Source: Eledone cirrhosa
Taxonomy: Eukaryota
Length of the DNA stretch: 64,000 nt
Direction: 5' to 3'
Assembly (NCBI GenBank): GCA_964016885.1
Contig: OZ024747.1
Location: 22,072,001-22,136,000 of the forward strand
This document shows positions 14,264-27,469 of this stretch, in pieces (the first letter of the stretch is position 1; the number at the start of each line of letters is the position of its first letter). The notes beneath the pieces are model-generated. The model did not search any database. It saw nothing but the letters and a program-made list of their open reading frames with translations, and was not told the origin of the DNA. The position numbers and the translations under genes are program-made.

Positions 14264-14354
14264 ACGATGCTATATCTGTTATTACAACAATCCCCCAGTT
14301 AATTCAAACACCACGAAAACTGCTGAAACTTGTTATAGCCGAGACGAGTACAAG
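14264..14354 (+). CDS. Candidate internal exon, Cys-rich (Ly6/three-finger-like CYxC start)
   Basis: tag| ... AAG|gtaaat; open frame RCYICYYNNPPVNSNTTKTAETCYSRDEYK in non-repetitive DNA; no partner exons confirmed. Confidence 0.3.
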
Positions 14355-14554
14355 GTAAATTTAGTCAGGAATAGTGTCTAGTCATCACGGTGAGTATTGA
14401 TAAAGTCACTGTGGAGCTGACGTCCGTTCTTTAACTAGAAACAATATTCGTGTTGCACAAAGGCGCCCGAAAGATTAAAAGATAGAAAACAGCACAATAT
14501 ATACCTGCGTAGTTTTACTGCAAATGCTCTATATATGCAGGCATACATACATGC

Positions 14555-14578
14555 ATGTGTGTGTGTGTGCGTGTGTAT

Positions 14579-14644
<66 letters not shown>

Positions 14645-14685
14645 TCATACATACGTACATACAGATACCCAGTCTTACACACACA

Positions 14686-14725
<40 letters not shown>

Positions 14726-14766
14726 TGTGTGTGTAAGACTGGGTATCTGTATGTACGTATGTATGA

Positions 14767-14824
<58 letters not shown>

Positions 14825-14846
14825 ATACACACGCACACACACACAT
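14555..14846. repeat. About 290-bp palindrome centred on a (TA)n tract
   Basis: CAGTCATACATACGTACATACAGATACCCAGTCTTAC is mirrored exactly on the other side of the tract. Confidence 0.9.
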
Positions 14847-15086
14847 ATAAATATATATATAGGAAAAGTGTAGCTGTCGAAACGGCCGGAGCTCAGCCGT
14901 CGGGGTCCTGACTCATTTCCTATTACCCACTCTACTACCCTAAGTATCGAGATACCAGGTGGCCCATAACGCACTAGAGTACTCGATACTTAGGGTAGTA
15001 GAGTGGGTAATAGGAAATGAGTCAGGACCCCGACGGCTGAGCTCCGGCCGTTTCGACAGCTACACTTTTCCTATATATATATTTAT
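14847..15086. repeat. Fold-back cassette family P1 (about 105-bp arms, 30-nt spacer)
   Basis: 14847-14951 is the reverse complement of 14982-15086. Confidence 0.9.
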
Positions 15087-15277
15087 ATATATATATATAT
15101 AAACACAGTCATACATACACATATACACACATACAGATACACAATCTTATATATACACACAAACACACACACAGATATATATATATATAATTACACTCTT
15201 CTTACACATTTTGAGTGCTCAGTCAGTTATGGTTTTAAGGTTTTAAGAATAATAGTATTTTTTACCATACGCCCTTA

Positions 15278-16012
<735 letters not shown>

Positions 16013-16224
16013 ATATATATATATATATATACATCATATTTATACAAAAAACGCACACATGTGAACACACAAGTATAACCACACACACACACAAGTTCAC
16101 ACATACACACATACTGGTTTAATATACTCTTTATTCCATTTACGTCAATATTCCATTATTCCATTATTCGCCAGACTTCTGTCGTGACCGAATATTTGAG
16201 AGGAATGTTAAAATACCTGGTAGC

Positions 16225-16310
<86 letters not shown>

Positions 16311-16967
16311 GACGTCTTGTCAACAAAGGAATAACACTTTCCTTCATCTATTGCTTTCATTCTTGTATTTTACTTTCAACATTCCTCACGCGAATAGAAA
16401 AGTAAAGACATGACAGATCTAATAAAAATTAAAGTAGAATATAGATAAGCGGATAAAACGACGAATTGGCGGAATCGGTAGAGCGTCAGATAGAATACTT
16501 TGTGGTATACTTTCCGATTCTCTGTGCACTGAGTTCAAATCCTGCTGAGGTCAATTTTGCTTTTCATTCTTTCGAGGTCATGACAAAAAAAAAAATGGTA
16601 GCAGTCCAGTACTTTCTCTATATTTCTTTCTCGCTTACTTACTATCTCCTACTTTCTCTCCTTCTCTGGAAGAAATAGGTTGTGTTAGACCTGGAGAGAA
16701 GATGGGTTCCTCCAGTTTTAAACGCCGAAGATACGCCGTATGTCACAACAGAGCCCCCTACGACCTCATACAAAGATAGGTGAATAAACAAACTGAAAAA
16801 AAAAGAAGCCGCACAAATGTACTGACACCATTTTTAAAGTCAAACACAAACAGGGGGATGTCGAGGCTAAGGAGGTGAGAGAGCGTGTGTGTATGTGTGT
16901 ATGTGTGTGCGTGTAGCCAGGAATAGTTAGAGAGTGAGATAGATGACGAAGCGCCCTGAACTCTATG

Positions 16968-17192
16968 AATAATGGTTTCTTATATAGGTACAAGGCCAGC
17001 AATTCTGGGGGAAGGGAAAGTCAATTAAATCGACTCCAGTACGTTACTGGAGCTTTATTTTATCGACGAAAGGCAAAGGCTGAAAGGCAAAGTTAACCTC
17101 GACGGGATTTTAACTCAGACCGTAAAGGGCCGTAACTCTATGCTGTAAAGCATGCTGTCCGATGCTCTACCAATACTGCCAATCCACCGCCC
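16968..17192 (-). mobile_element. Family-1 SINE, long form
   Basis: Full reverse copy; flanking near-duplication CTGAACTCTRTRAATAATG. Confidence 0.85.
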
Positions 17193-18148
17193 TGAACTCT
17201 GTAAATAATGCTTCAAAATATTTACAAATTAGACAGTCGTGCATGTTCTGCTAAATTTACCATGTAACCTGTTAATTTTTGTTCAACAAATTTCAATGAA
17301 TTTATGTAATGTTGCCTTAAAAAGACGCACTTTTGTTTCCCCCCAAAATGTCCCAGAAAATCTCCCTGCGTCTTATAAGGGGAAATATCAGTTTGGGTTA
17401 CTGGCTAGCTGGCTAGTGGAGTTCTAGTGCTGCAGTGGCCCGAATCTATGGTAAATAACAATTGCTTAAGATGTCACACAGGACTTAATTATTTCGAAGC
17501 GAACTGTTGCGTCGACACCATATGCTACGTTAACGGTGTTGATGTTGCATACTACTTATGAATAGAGAGCGAAGTAAGATGTATAAATGGGTGTTTCGTG
17601 GTAGAATAAATGTCCACCCTAATCAACAGGCACGTCAGTTGTAGCAAGTTGTAGCAATGAGATAAATTGATGATAGAATGAGTAAACTCTCAAAAATGGG
17701 TGAGGGGACGAATGTTACCCCGACCATTTATTTTATCTGATGTGCTGCAGAGGAAAGTTTAGAATGTCTAAAAGGTTCTCTCTCTAATCTTATAGAATGT
17801 GTTGATGTTAATGATAACATCATTAATCCTGAGTCCTGTTAACGGGAAAGAAGAGAGGAGGTGGATGGGGTGGGGGTGGAGGTGGCGTGGTGGCGACAAC
17901 ACTATAACAACAGCAACAAAAAAAAAACCCTTCTGCTGTTGAATGCAGTTAAAATATACAGTTTATGTTAAAAGTCGTTCTGAAAACATGATGCTTGCTT
18001 TTAATGGAAGCAAATTTGACGGTACTCAGCAATATTTATGGATGAAGCTAATTGATATAAATGTTATGTTTACCAAACGAAATACTTGGCGTGAAATATC
18101 TCTAGTTAAGTCAGATCTCTATTCACCTGGTAGTTGACGGATTCCTCT

Positions 18149-18193
<45 letters not shown>

Positions 18194-18320
18194 TTCTCTC
18201 TCTCTCTATCTTCTCTCTTCTCTCACTTTGTGCGCATGTAAGTGTGTGCATGTGCAAGCGCTTGTGCATGCGCATATGTGTGTGCGTGGGCGTGTATGTA
18301 TATATGTGGGTGTATGTATA

Positions 18321-18373
<53 letters not shown>

Positions 18374-18428
18374 TATTTACTGCAGATCAAAAAATGTATG
18401 TAGCCCTTCAGTGGTGGAAACTTTAGGC

Positions 18429-18592
18429 CAGACATGGGTAACCTTATTCAAGCAGTGGGTCGCATAGAATGTGGTTCATCATAAGGTGGGCTGCATTATT
18501 AAAAAATTCAGGGCAGTTTTGAAACTAGGCCTACCATTCAGAAAGCCAAAGAGGCCGCACGCGGGTCGCGGGCCACAGTTTGCCCATGACTA
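18429..18592. mobile_element. hAT MITE
   Basis: TIRs CAGACATGGGTAA / TTGCCCATGACTA; 8-bp TSD CTTTAGGC / CTTTAGAC. Confidence 0.75.
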
Positions 18593-18792
18593 CTTTAGAC
18601 GTTCTTGGTCCTTGAACCACCTCCCTACCCATTGATATCAGGAATGGGCCACGCTATTCCAACGCCACTCCTACGATATCCTCCGAAATAACGCTTTCTC
18701 CATTCTAACTATTGGGAAAACGCTCTCTGGAGTTTTCCCACGTTGTTCATCTCTGGGATAGCAATGGTATGGTTTACACATTTAACTATATA

Positions 18793-18989
18793 GTCGGTGG
18801 ATTGCCAGTATCGGTAGAGGGTCGGACGCCATGCTTTCCAGCATAGTTACGTCCCTTTACGGTCTGAGTTCAAATCCCGTCGAGGTTAACTTTGCCTTTC
18901 ATCCTTACGGGGGTCGATAAAATAAAGTACCAGTAATGCACTGGGGGTAATTTCCTGGCCTTGTGCCAAAAGTAGAAACAATTATTATT
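18793..18989 (+). mobile_element. Family-1 tRNA-SINE (full length)
   Basis: A-box-like head, B box GAGTTCAAATCC, conserved core GCCTTTCATCCTTACGGGGGTCGATAAAATAAAGTACCAG, (ATT)n tail. Confidence 0.9.
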
Positions 18990-19298
18990 CAAACTTAAAT
19001 ATAAACGTCGTTCGCAATTTCTTACTCATTTCCATTATCTGATCATTCATATCTATGTGATAAATATGAACATCGCACATAATTTCTTACACTCTCATAT
19101 TATATCGGGTTTCATAACTCCAGGATAAAACAGTAATTAGTATATCTGTTATAATGATAATCAGGAATATTACTAAAAAGTAGTAAAATTAATACAGTTC
19201 GTGTATGTAGCAATCAGTTCACAAGTTACAACACACAAACATGCATACGTCCACACACATATGCGTGTATATATATACTCATGTGTCTTCCCGAACAT

Positions 19299-19374
<76 letters not shown>

Positions 19375-19471
19375 GCGACTCTTTGCTTAAACTTTAATCT
19401 GTTCTTAATAAATATTTGCTCTACGGGTTTATATATATTTTATATATATATAATCCTTATCGAGCCCTCTT

Positions 19472-19538
<67 letters not shown>

Positions 19539-19582
19539 AAGTTAAATAAAAGTCAAATGATTAAAATTTAGCTTCGTTTATT

Positions 19583-19637
19583 ACTGCTATATATATTTCA
19601 GTGACAGCCATCTTTGGCTGTGACCTCTTCAGGCAGT
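19583..19637 (-). ncRNA. Type I hammerhead ribozyme motif (mirror copy)
   Basis: Reverse complement of 19875-19929. Confidence 0.75.
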
Positions 19638-19874
19638 TTGAATTAGTATGGTATAGACAAGTACATATGTTGTTTAGGTGTATGATATTGTCAATACTCA
19701 GATATGCCCAGTTCCTTGCTGGGATGTTAATTCACTGGGGAACTGGAGTCATATCAGATATGACTCCAGTTCCCCAGTGAATTAACATCCCAGCAAGGAA
19801 CTGGGCATATCTGAGTATTGACAATATCATACACCTAAACAACATATGTACTTGTCTATACCATACTAATTCAA

Positions 19875-19929
19875 ACTGCCTGAAGAGGTCACAGCCAAAG
19901 ATGGCTGTCACTGAAATATATATAGCAGT
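19875..19929 (+). ncRNA. Type I hammerhead ribozyme motif
   Basis: ACUGC-CUGAAGA-GGUCACAGCCA/AAGA/UGGCUGUCACU-GAAA-UAUAUA-UA-GCAGU; perfect 5-bp stem I and palindromic stem III; AATAAA follows. Confidence 0.78.
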
Positions 19930-20164
19930 AATAAACGAAGCTAAATTTTAATCATTTGACTTTTATTTAACTTTATTTTACACTACTCCGGAGTAACCAA
20001 ACCAACCTGCGCACTTCGTTGAGTGCTCCAGCCTGCATACTGAGGTGTTGGTATACAACCAACATAAACTCAAAATATATATATATATATATATATCCGA
20101 AGAGGGCTCGATAAGGATTATATATATATAAACCCGTAGAGCATATATATATATATATATATAA

Positions 20165-20360
20165 TTTAATATAGAAATGGCTTCTACAGCACTAGAACTG
20201 TTTCATTCGAAGGAAATCATCAGGGCTTTCTTAATGATTTCCTTCGAATGAAACTGTTCTAGTCCCGTAGAAGCCATTTCTATATTAAACTTTGTATATA
20301 CTCTACTAATGTATTGAGTACCTTATTTACTGTGGTTACCCCCGATATAACCCGGGACTG
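20165..20360. repeat. Fold-back cassette family P4 with a CTGATGA...GAAAC core
   Basis: Inverted arms 20165-20289; related copies near 42960-43110, 48168-48295 and 54325-54450; stem I is not evident. Confidence 0.6.
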
Positions 20361-20810
20361 GCACACACACGCACACACACACATACACATATACACACAT
20401 ACACGTTCATATACAGACTCACGCACATAGGCATTCCCATACACTCACTTCAACATCAACATGCACAAATATACATATTTAAAGACATACTCATAAATGT
20501 TGAAGCTGTAATATGCAGCAGGGGGCCTCACCAAACCTTCCAACTCTTATGTCCCAACACGCAGGCATAAACACACGCACACGCATACGCACACACACAC
20601 GCGCGCGCGCGCGCGCGCATTCACTTCACGTATAATACATAGGCGAAGAAAGGCACACCTAATTATATTACCTTTTACACAGACATGTATGTACGTATGT
20701 GTGTATTTATGTATATATGTATGTATACATGTGTGTATGTGTGTATGTATACCTGTATGTATGTATGTATGTATGTATGTATGTATGTATGTGTGTGTGT
20801 GTATATATGT

Positions 20811-20849
<39 letters not shown>

Positions 20850-22014
20850 TATGTTTGTATGACTAAGAGAGTCAGTTACTCAGATTAAATGTCCTCCATT
20901 ATTCTGATAAGATCATTCTTAAGAATATTCGAGATATCCCACCCTCCGCGTGCGCACGCACTCACTTCCATATACATACATATAACACACACACACACAC
21001 ACATATGGAGAGAGTGAAAGAGAGAGAGTGAAAGAGAGAGAGAGTGAGAGAGATAGAAAGTAAGAGAGTAAGAGAGAGAGAGAGGGAGAGAGAGGGGGCA
21101 GAGAATGAGTCAGTAAGAGAGATTGAGTGAGAGAGGGAGAGAGGGGGAGAGAGTGGGTCAGTAAGAGAGAGTGAGAGAGAGAGAGAGAGAGAGACCTACA
21201 CACATACACATCAAATCGTATAATACTTTGGGGAAATTATTATGTCTTCTATTATATAATGGTTTCTACCATAAGCACCAAGCCAGCAATTTTGGGGGAG
21301 GGAATAATCTGTTAAACAACCCCTATACTGACAGTATCTGACTTGGCTGGCCATTTTAATTACATTTACAGTCTATTTGACGAGCTTCCAAACAGTTTCA
21401 GTCTACCAAATTTCTCTCAAACTATGGGTCGATCCGAAGTTATGGTAAATGACACTTGCCGAAGATGTTATACAGTGAAATCGAACCCTGAATCTCATGA
21501 TTGCGAAGCTAACTTCTGCGGATGGCAGCAGGAAAACGGAAATGAGTAACTTATGAATGATACAACAGATTCTACATTCCTATCTACTACCATCTATTGA
21601 ATTAGTACTACAAGAAAACGAAGTGTTCGTTGATGTTACAAGATTCTAATGTGTTACGGAGCATTAACTTCCCTTACCTTGTTTATATTACGTCATTTTA
21701 ATAGGGGTAAGATCGTCATTCTTTAGTTTGAAGACAAGTTGGGGTAAAAAATCGTAATTCTTCAGTTTCGAGGGAAGAATCAACCTAAAACGGAAGTTAT
21801 TTAAAAAGGAAAACATACTGGAAAGATTCATGGACAATTTCATCCATTCGTTTATTTGTTTACCAATTCATTCGTCTTCATTCGTTACTCATTCACTCCC
21901 TCATTTATTTATTTATGTATTTCATATTGCAGAATTATTTGGAATATTTCCGTGTTTTCGGTTCCATTAGGCGCCGCACCTAATTTCCTAACAGTTCGCA
22001 CCCAGACAGTAGAG

Positions 22015-22470
22015 TGATTTCTAATTTAGGAATAAAACAGACGAGATATTTTGAGGAAGGGGTGCTGTCGATTACATTGACTCCAATATTTGACTGGTAC
22101 TTAACTGTATCAACCCCGGAATGATGAAAGGCAAAGAGGACCTCAGCGGGATTTGAACTCAGAATGTAAAGAGCCAGAATAAATATTGCTAAGCAATTGT
22201 CAGATGCTCTACCGATTATGCCAATCCACCCCTCACTCCAGAGACAGTATAATGGTTTCTTATATAGGCACAAGGCCAGCAATTTTTGGGGAGGGGAAAG
22301 TCGATTAAATCGACCCCAGTGTGTGACTGGTACTTTATCTTATCGACCCCGTAAGGATGAAAGGCAAAGTTAACCTCTGTGGAATTTGAACTCAGATCAT
22401 AAAGAGCCGTAACTCTATGCTGCAAAGCATGGTGTCCGACCCTCTACCAATACTGCCAATCCACCGCACT
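22015..22470 (-). mobile_element. Two tandem family-1 SINEs
   Basis: An old copy and a younger copy, both reverse-oriented. Confidence 0.8.
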
Positions 22471-22729
22471 CCCGAGACAGTATAATGATATAAATATGAT
22501 CAGGTATATCTGAAATTAATAAATAATAAATAAATAAGCATAAGAAAAAGAAATGTTTGTTATTGTTGTTGTTATTGTTATTTGATGATAGAATCGGTAG
22601 AGTTTGGGACAAACTGCTTTAGTTAAGTATGTTTATGTCCTGAGTCTAATTCCACCCAGGTTCAGCTTTGCTTTTCTTTCTTTTGGGTTCAATAAAATAA
22701 GTACCAGTCATGTACTGAGATCAATATAC

Positions 22730-23350
22730 TCTACTATTCTATATAGGTCTTCCTTCGAGGAAAGCTGTTTCCAGAACCTGTTCATCGATACGTGTAGCAT
22801 TTGTGTGTATGTTCCATCAAGCTTGTTCTCTAATCTTTGTGTCATTGTCCATACCGAGAAGCCATACAAAAGAACCGACTCAACTACAGCTCTGAAGAAG
22901 TCTATCTTTATTTTGTTTGGTAAGGATGACTTCCAGATTAACCTGAGACTATCGAGTAGATGAAATATCACTTCCACGATAGGTAAATCTTTCAACCTAA
23001 TTTAAAGATTTTCCATTCAAGGCTTTCACTTCACCATTTTGATTGACGTTCATGAATTCTGTCATCTTCTTGTTCACATGTAGGAGTCTTATTATGGTGA
23101 GCACATGTAGGAGTCTTATTATGGTGACACACTGCTTGATCACATGTAGGAGTCTTATTATGGTGACACACTGCTTGATCACATGTAGGAGTCTTATTAT
23201 GGTGACAGACTGCTTGAGCACATGTAGGAGTTTTTTGACATCTGCAATTTTGTCCGCATAATCAATGTCGTCAGCATAATCGATATCAGTAATCTTCTGG
23301 GTAAGATATCTTTTGTTTCTGGCTCCGTGTAATGTGATGCCTAGATTCTT
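22730..23350 (-). mobile_element. RTE-type LINE RT fragment
   Basis: ITDIDYADDID and KIKIDFFRAVVESVLLYG..WT..RLENKLDGTYT; interrupted by a 39-bp tandem repeat at 23076-23231. Confidence 0.8.
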
Positions 23351-24412
23351 CTCAAGGTCAAGAGATGTGCAGAACGCACTTAATTATCGATGTAGTTTGT
23401 GCTTTGAGTTACTTGTGTTCTTCACTCGTTTCTATATGTTCATAAGTAGTTACCGCATGTTCAGGAAACGTTCTCGCTGGAAGAATCTATTTGGCTGTCG
23501 AGACGTTTAATAGCTATTTTTAGTGATTGATTTTGCTGGTTAGGCGACATATTTCTTCTCAACTAGTATTCCTTACTGAAGCAGTTGTTTAGCAGTAAAA
23601 CTTGAAAAGATCCGATATTTTTATCACAGTAATTTTCCATTCCATTCATATAACTTATCGATGACTCTTCTCTAGTCGTGTCTTAAATAAAATTAGTAGA
23701 GATCTCGATGCAATTCAAGCATACACTGAAATTTCTCTCGATAGATCTGCGAATTTCGGTAGCTGACACCAGATTCCTGTCTTGCCATAGTGTATCTAGT
23801 AGTAATTTAACACGTAGTGTTTGTGTGAACCCGTAACTCCTGTTGGAGTCATAGGGGCGCCGTTGTGAGATACCCATAGTCTTGGCTATTGTTTTAGCCT
23901 AGCGAAACCCATCCCCTCTCCAAGTCCAAACCCAAACCCTCTCCAAGTTCTTCAGCAGGAAGTCAGAAAAAGATACACAAGAAGACTTACTTCTGGACTG
24001 GAACTTTTTTATCGACCTCGAACTGATGAAAGGAAAGGTTGATCTCGGTGGCATTTAAACTCAAAGTGCAGAGAACTGGAATAAATATCACAAACCATTC
24101 TATGTCTTTTCAACGACTCTGTTAAGCTTTTGTACACTAAAGGTCTTATTGCAGTAAACATTCGCCAATGTACACGTATTGTTTGATAGGATATTAATTA
24201 AAGTAGTATTAACACAGTGTAATTGACCTTCTTACAGCTTAAAATACTTTCAGCGTGACATATGTATGTTTATCATACATAAACATATTGTATATGATAT
24301 ATATATAAATATATGAAATGGCAATACAAATGGACCGGTTATTTTTCTCTAAAAACATTTTTTTCCAATTCCACCCCACCCGTCACTTCAATCTATCTAA
24401 TTTCTCATTCTT

Positions 24413-24448
24413 TCTTCTGATGAAAGACTAGCGTCCGAAACGTTAAGA
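24413..24448 (+). ncRNA. Minimal Penelope-type hammerhead motif, family P5
   Basis: UCUU-CUGAUGA-AAGAC/UAGC/GUCC-GAAAC-GUU-AAGA; one stem II mismatch relative to the copy at 54623. Confidence 0.6.
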
Positions 24449-24535
24449 CCCTCTTCCTGCTATTTCAAGCGTTAACCTAATATATTCCTTCCATATACTG
24501 TACCGATGGCGTTGTTGTTATTTCTGTTAACCTTT

Positions 24536-24642
<107 letters not shown>

Positions 24643-24660
24643 TGTATATATATATAAGAA

Positions 24661-24847
24661 ATAGAAGCTTTCGCCGTACTTTTGACTAAAGAAATTTCAG
24701 CCTGATAGTGGGGTCTAGAACCCTCTAAGAAATAGAAAAAGATGAGTATTGTACGTCAATACCCATCTTTTTCCATATCTTAGAAGGTTCTAAACCCCAC
24801 TATCAGGCTGAAATTTCTTTAGTCAAAAGTACGGCGAAAGCTTCTAT
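24661..24847. repeat. 187-bp imperfect palindrome next to (TA)n
   Basis: ATAGAAGCTTTCGCCGTACTTTTGAC... is mirrored, with a few arm mismatches. Confidence 0.88.
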
Positions 24848-25112
24848 GTCTATTTTCAAACTATGTACATGGACGTGTGTTGTCTGCTTCAGCAAAACAC
24901 TTTATTTCATATTGCTCTAAACTACTGAGCTGAAAATGATTACCAGCAGCAGCAGCAGCAGATGAGGTTTAACCCTGCGGTGGACTGGCGTCCTCTCCAG
25001 GGAGTATCAAGTCCTTTCAGTCAGTTAAACACCAATGGAACCGGGATAAGCTCCGGCTCGATTAGCCTATGGGCTCTAGACCGACTTTATCTTTTTTTGC
25101 TTACACACGCAC

Positions 25113-25150
<38 letters not shown>

Positions 25151-25153
<3 letters not shown>

Positions 25154-26341
25154 TGGTCGGCGCTACCCTTGACGTGGGAAGAGAGCTTAAGTTCGTGGTT
25201 TGAGCTGTACGAGTGAGTCAACTTGACGCGTTTCTTTTTGCGGCTTAACGCGTGTCCGTACCTTTGGAAGTTCGACTCCTTTCGGAGGTTAGCGCCCTCT
25301 CCGGGGGGTCGGTTCCGAGGTGCGGGTTCAGGTTGGCTCGGCAGGTTTTACCATACTCGGTTGGTCTGCCACATTAAGGACGAACTAATTGGCGCCTAAA
25401 ATAATGATTGAAATAAATTATTTAAAAAAATCATTTATATCCGTACGGTAGCTGGGGGCCGTTTTAAAACCAGTAACCGAGGGGTCGGGATGGGCCCCTT
25501 AGGTTTACTAACCGCAGCGGGCCGTTGTGGTAGTCCCGTGATCATTACAGCAAATCGTGACGGGATACAGGGTTGCCGTGGTGGTTCGCTGTGGTACTTA
25601 ACCACCCTCGAGGGCTGACAGGGAGCCGGGATACGCCCTCTGGATTAGAGCCGGCTCAAACCTTTTTTTTTTTTTTTTTTATCCTTGTTTTTTTTTTTGT
25701 GTGGGCGTGGAAGTGCCTGGAAACTCTCTTCCTAGCTTTTTTTTTTTTTTTAACTCGGTGAGCGGTCGGATATAATATCCGAGAAGGAAAAGTAAGACGT
25801 CTCCGCCGTTCCGCTAGTCTGGTGGTTCGCCTTGCGAAAGCGATAGAACCACCATATCCCCCCGTTGCAGGGTTACGCGTTGCTTAAAGGAAAGTGCTTT
25901 TCTTTTTGTATTATTAACAGTTTCGTTATTTTAGGAATAGGAAGGGAGTGATGAAATGGCTTCTGGAGCGCCCCACTTTTTTTTTTTTTTAGTACAATGG
26001 CACGGCCAAGGAGTTTAGAACCTCTCTGTGCGGGATTCGGGCAACAGGATCTCCGCACGGGGCTCGGTTCGGGTTGCTCACTTGGTGCGTCCAACTGGAT
26101 TGACAAAATGGCACGGCCGGGAGAGCCTAGTGTCTCGCATTGTTCGCTCGCTGAGGGGGTTCTCAGCCAACCCTCGCGGGGTCCATGGCTTGGACTGCTC
26201 TCTTGGCGTGACCAACCGAATTGACAGGGCACACCATTCATGCCATAGTTCGCTTGATGGCATTGGCCCGTGGGACCACACACTTTAAAAAAAGGGAAAG
26301 GCGTCTTGTACTTTGAAAAAAGTATGAGTTAAATGCCAGCT

Positions 26342-26345
<4 letters not shown>
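25151..26345 (+). other. GC-rich, highly structured non-coding island inserted in (CA)n
   Basis: Sharp composition shift; (CA)n on both sides; many hairpins with G-U pairs, a GAAA tetraloop and four poly-T tracts; duplicated domain at 25997-26226; no credible ORF. Confidence 0.6.
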
Positions 26346-26384
<39 letters not shown>

Positions 26385-26418
26385 ACGCACGCACGCACAC
26401 ACACACAGACACACACAC

Positions 26419-26487
<69 letters not shown>

Positions 26488-27469
26488 TAGATAGATAGAT
26501 TGATATATGAGAAGGAGAAAGAGAGAATCAGAGCAGTTATACAAGTAGAGAAATACATTTGAAACAAAATCTGCATCACTATCTTATCTTTATTACGAAA
26601 TAAATGAGAAATATTAGAGTAAATAATACGGGAACAATCCCCGTTGTCATAGATGTTAAGATAATGACCACACCTTGGTTTCATCGGTGTAATTTCTAGG
26701 AGTGATGTTAGGTGAGGTTTTGATATATTGTTTCCGAGGAGATGAGCCATAATCTCTCTGGAAGAACACACCGCCTACGATGTCTAGGTTGGGACTATTG
26801 GCCCCTATCCTAATACATTATAATTAACTTTTTCGTAACCATATCGCCATTGAAAGACACTGCTTATAATTTCCAAATCGTTTTGAAAATAATCAAGCAT
26901 TTGGAAAGATTTATTACTATAACTAACTTTCACATTATTTATCTAGTGATTGGAACATAACTCAACAAATGTTCTTACATAAAATTACGATGGAAGGTTT
27001 TTAGATAAATATAAACATTTTAAAGTGGTAAGGTTACGCTGGTTGCATACACTGAAATAGAGAAAGGCGGAGGAGGAGAATGAGGGGGGGGGGGCTATAA
27101 AAAAATTACTGATTCGTAATTACTGTTTAAAATATAATTCAAAAAAGTGTTGAAAATATTTACAGTGATATGCTTATTCTTGAAACCTCATCTTGGAATT
27201 ATTGCGAATTACAGTGTCCACCCAAAGTGTTTTGAAGTCTCCCTGAGCACCAAATACTGGAGACGGACCCGAGGAGGGTTTTTAGATAAATATAAACACT
27301 TTAAAATAAACATCTTTTGTGTCGTAGAATCAGTGCCGGTCTCATGTGGTTTGGTTTCAATAAGGTTAATAGCTAAATATGTGTTATTGACGAGTCAACG
27401 ATTCTCAGCAGAATTGTTTTACTAGAGAATGGGTCACAGATGGCGGCTAGTGATACAGCCACCAGATGT

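Larger units (their letters stand above)
19532..19980. repeat. 449-bp palindrome (centre 19756), family P3
   Basis: Arms read as exact reverse complements around ATATC-A-GATAT. Confidence 0.92.

Noticed and set aside
18793-18880. tRNA genes
   Set aside because: A/B boxes belong to SINE heads; no complete cloverleaf seen
23076-23231. CRISPR-like spaced repeats
   Set aside because: Simple 39-bp tandem repeat with near-identical 'spacers' in eukaryotic DNA and no cas genes
25190-25412. LTR (AGTTCGT..ACGAACT) plus tRNA-Lys PBS (TGGCGCC)
   Set aside because: Only 7 contiguous nt match a PBS, no second LTR or gag is present, and the same bases are explained by RNA stems; kept as a minor alternative
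25151-26345. Telomerase RNA, RNase P/MRP, 7SK or HDV ribozyme identity for the GC island
   Set aside because: No CCCUAA-containing template, no recognisable P/MRP conserved regions or 7SK GAUC hairpin, and no P1.1 GG after the candidate P1
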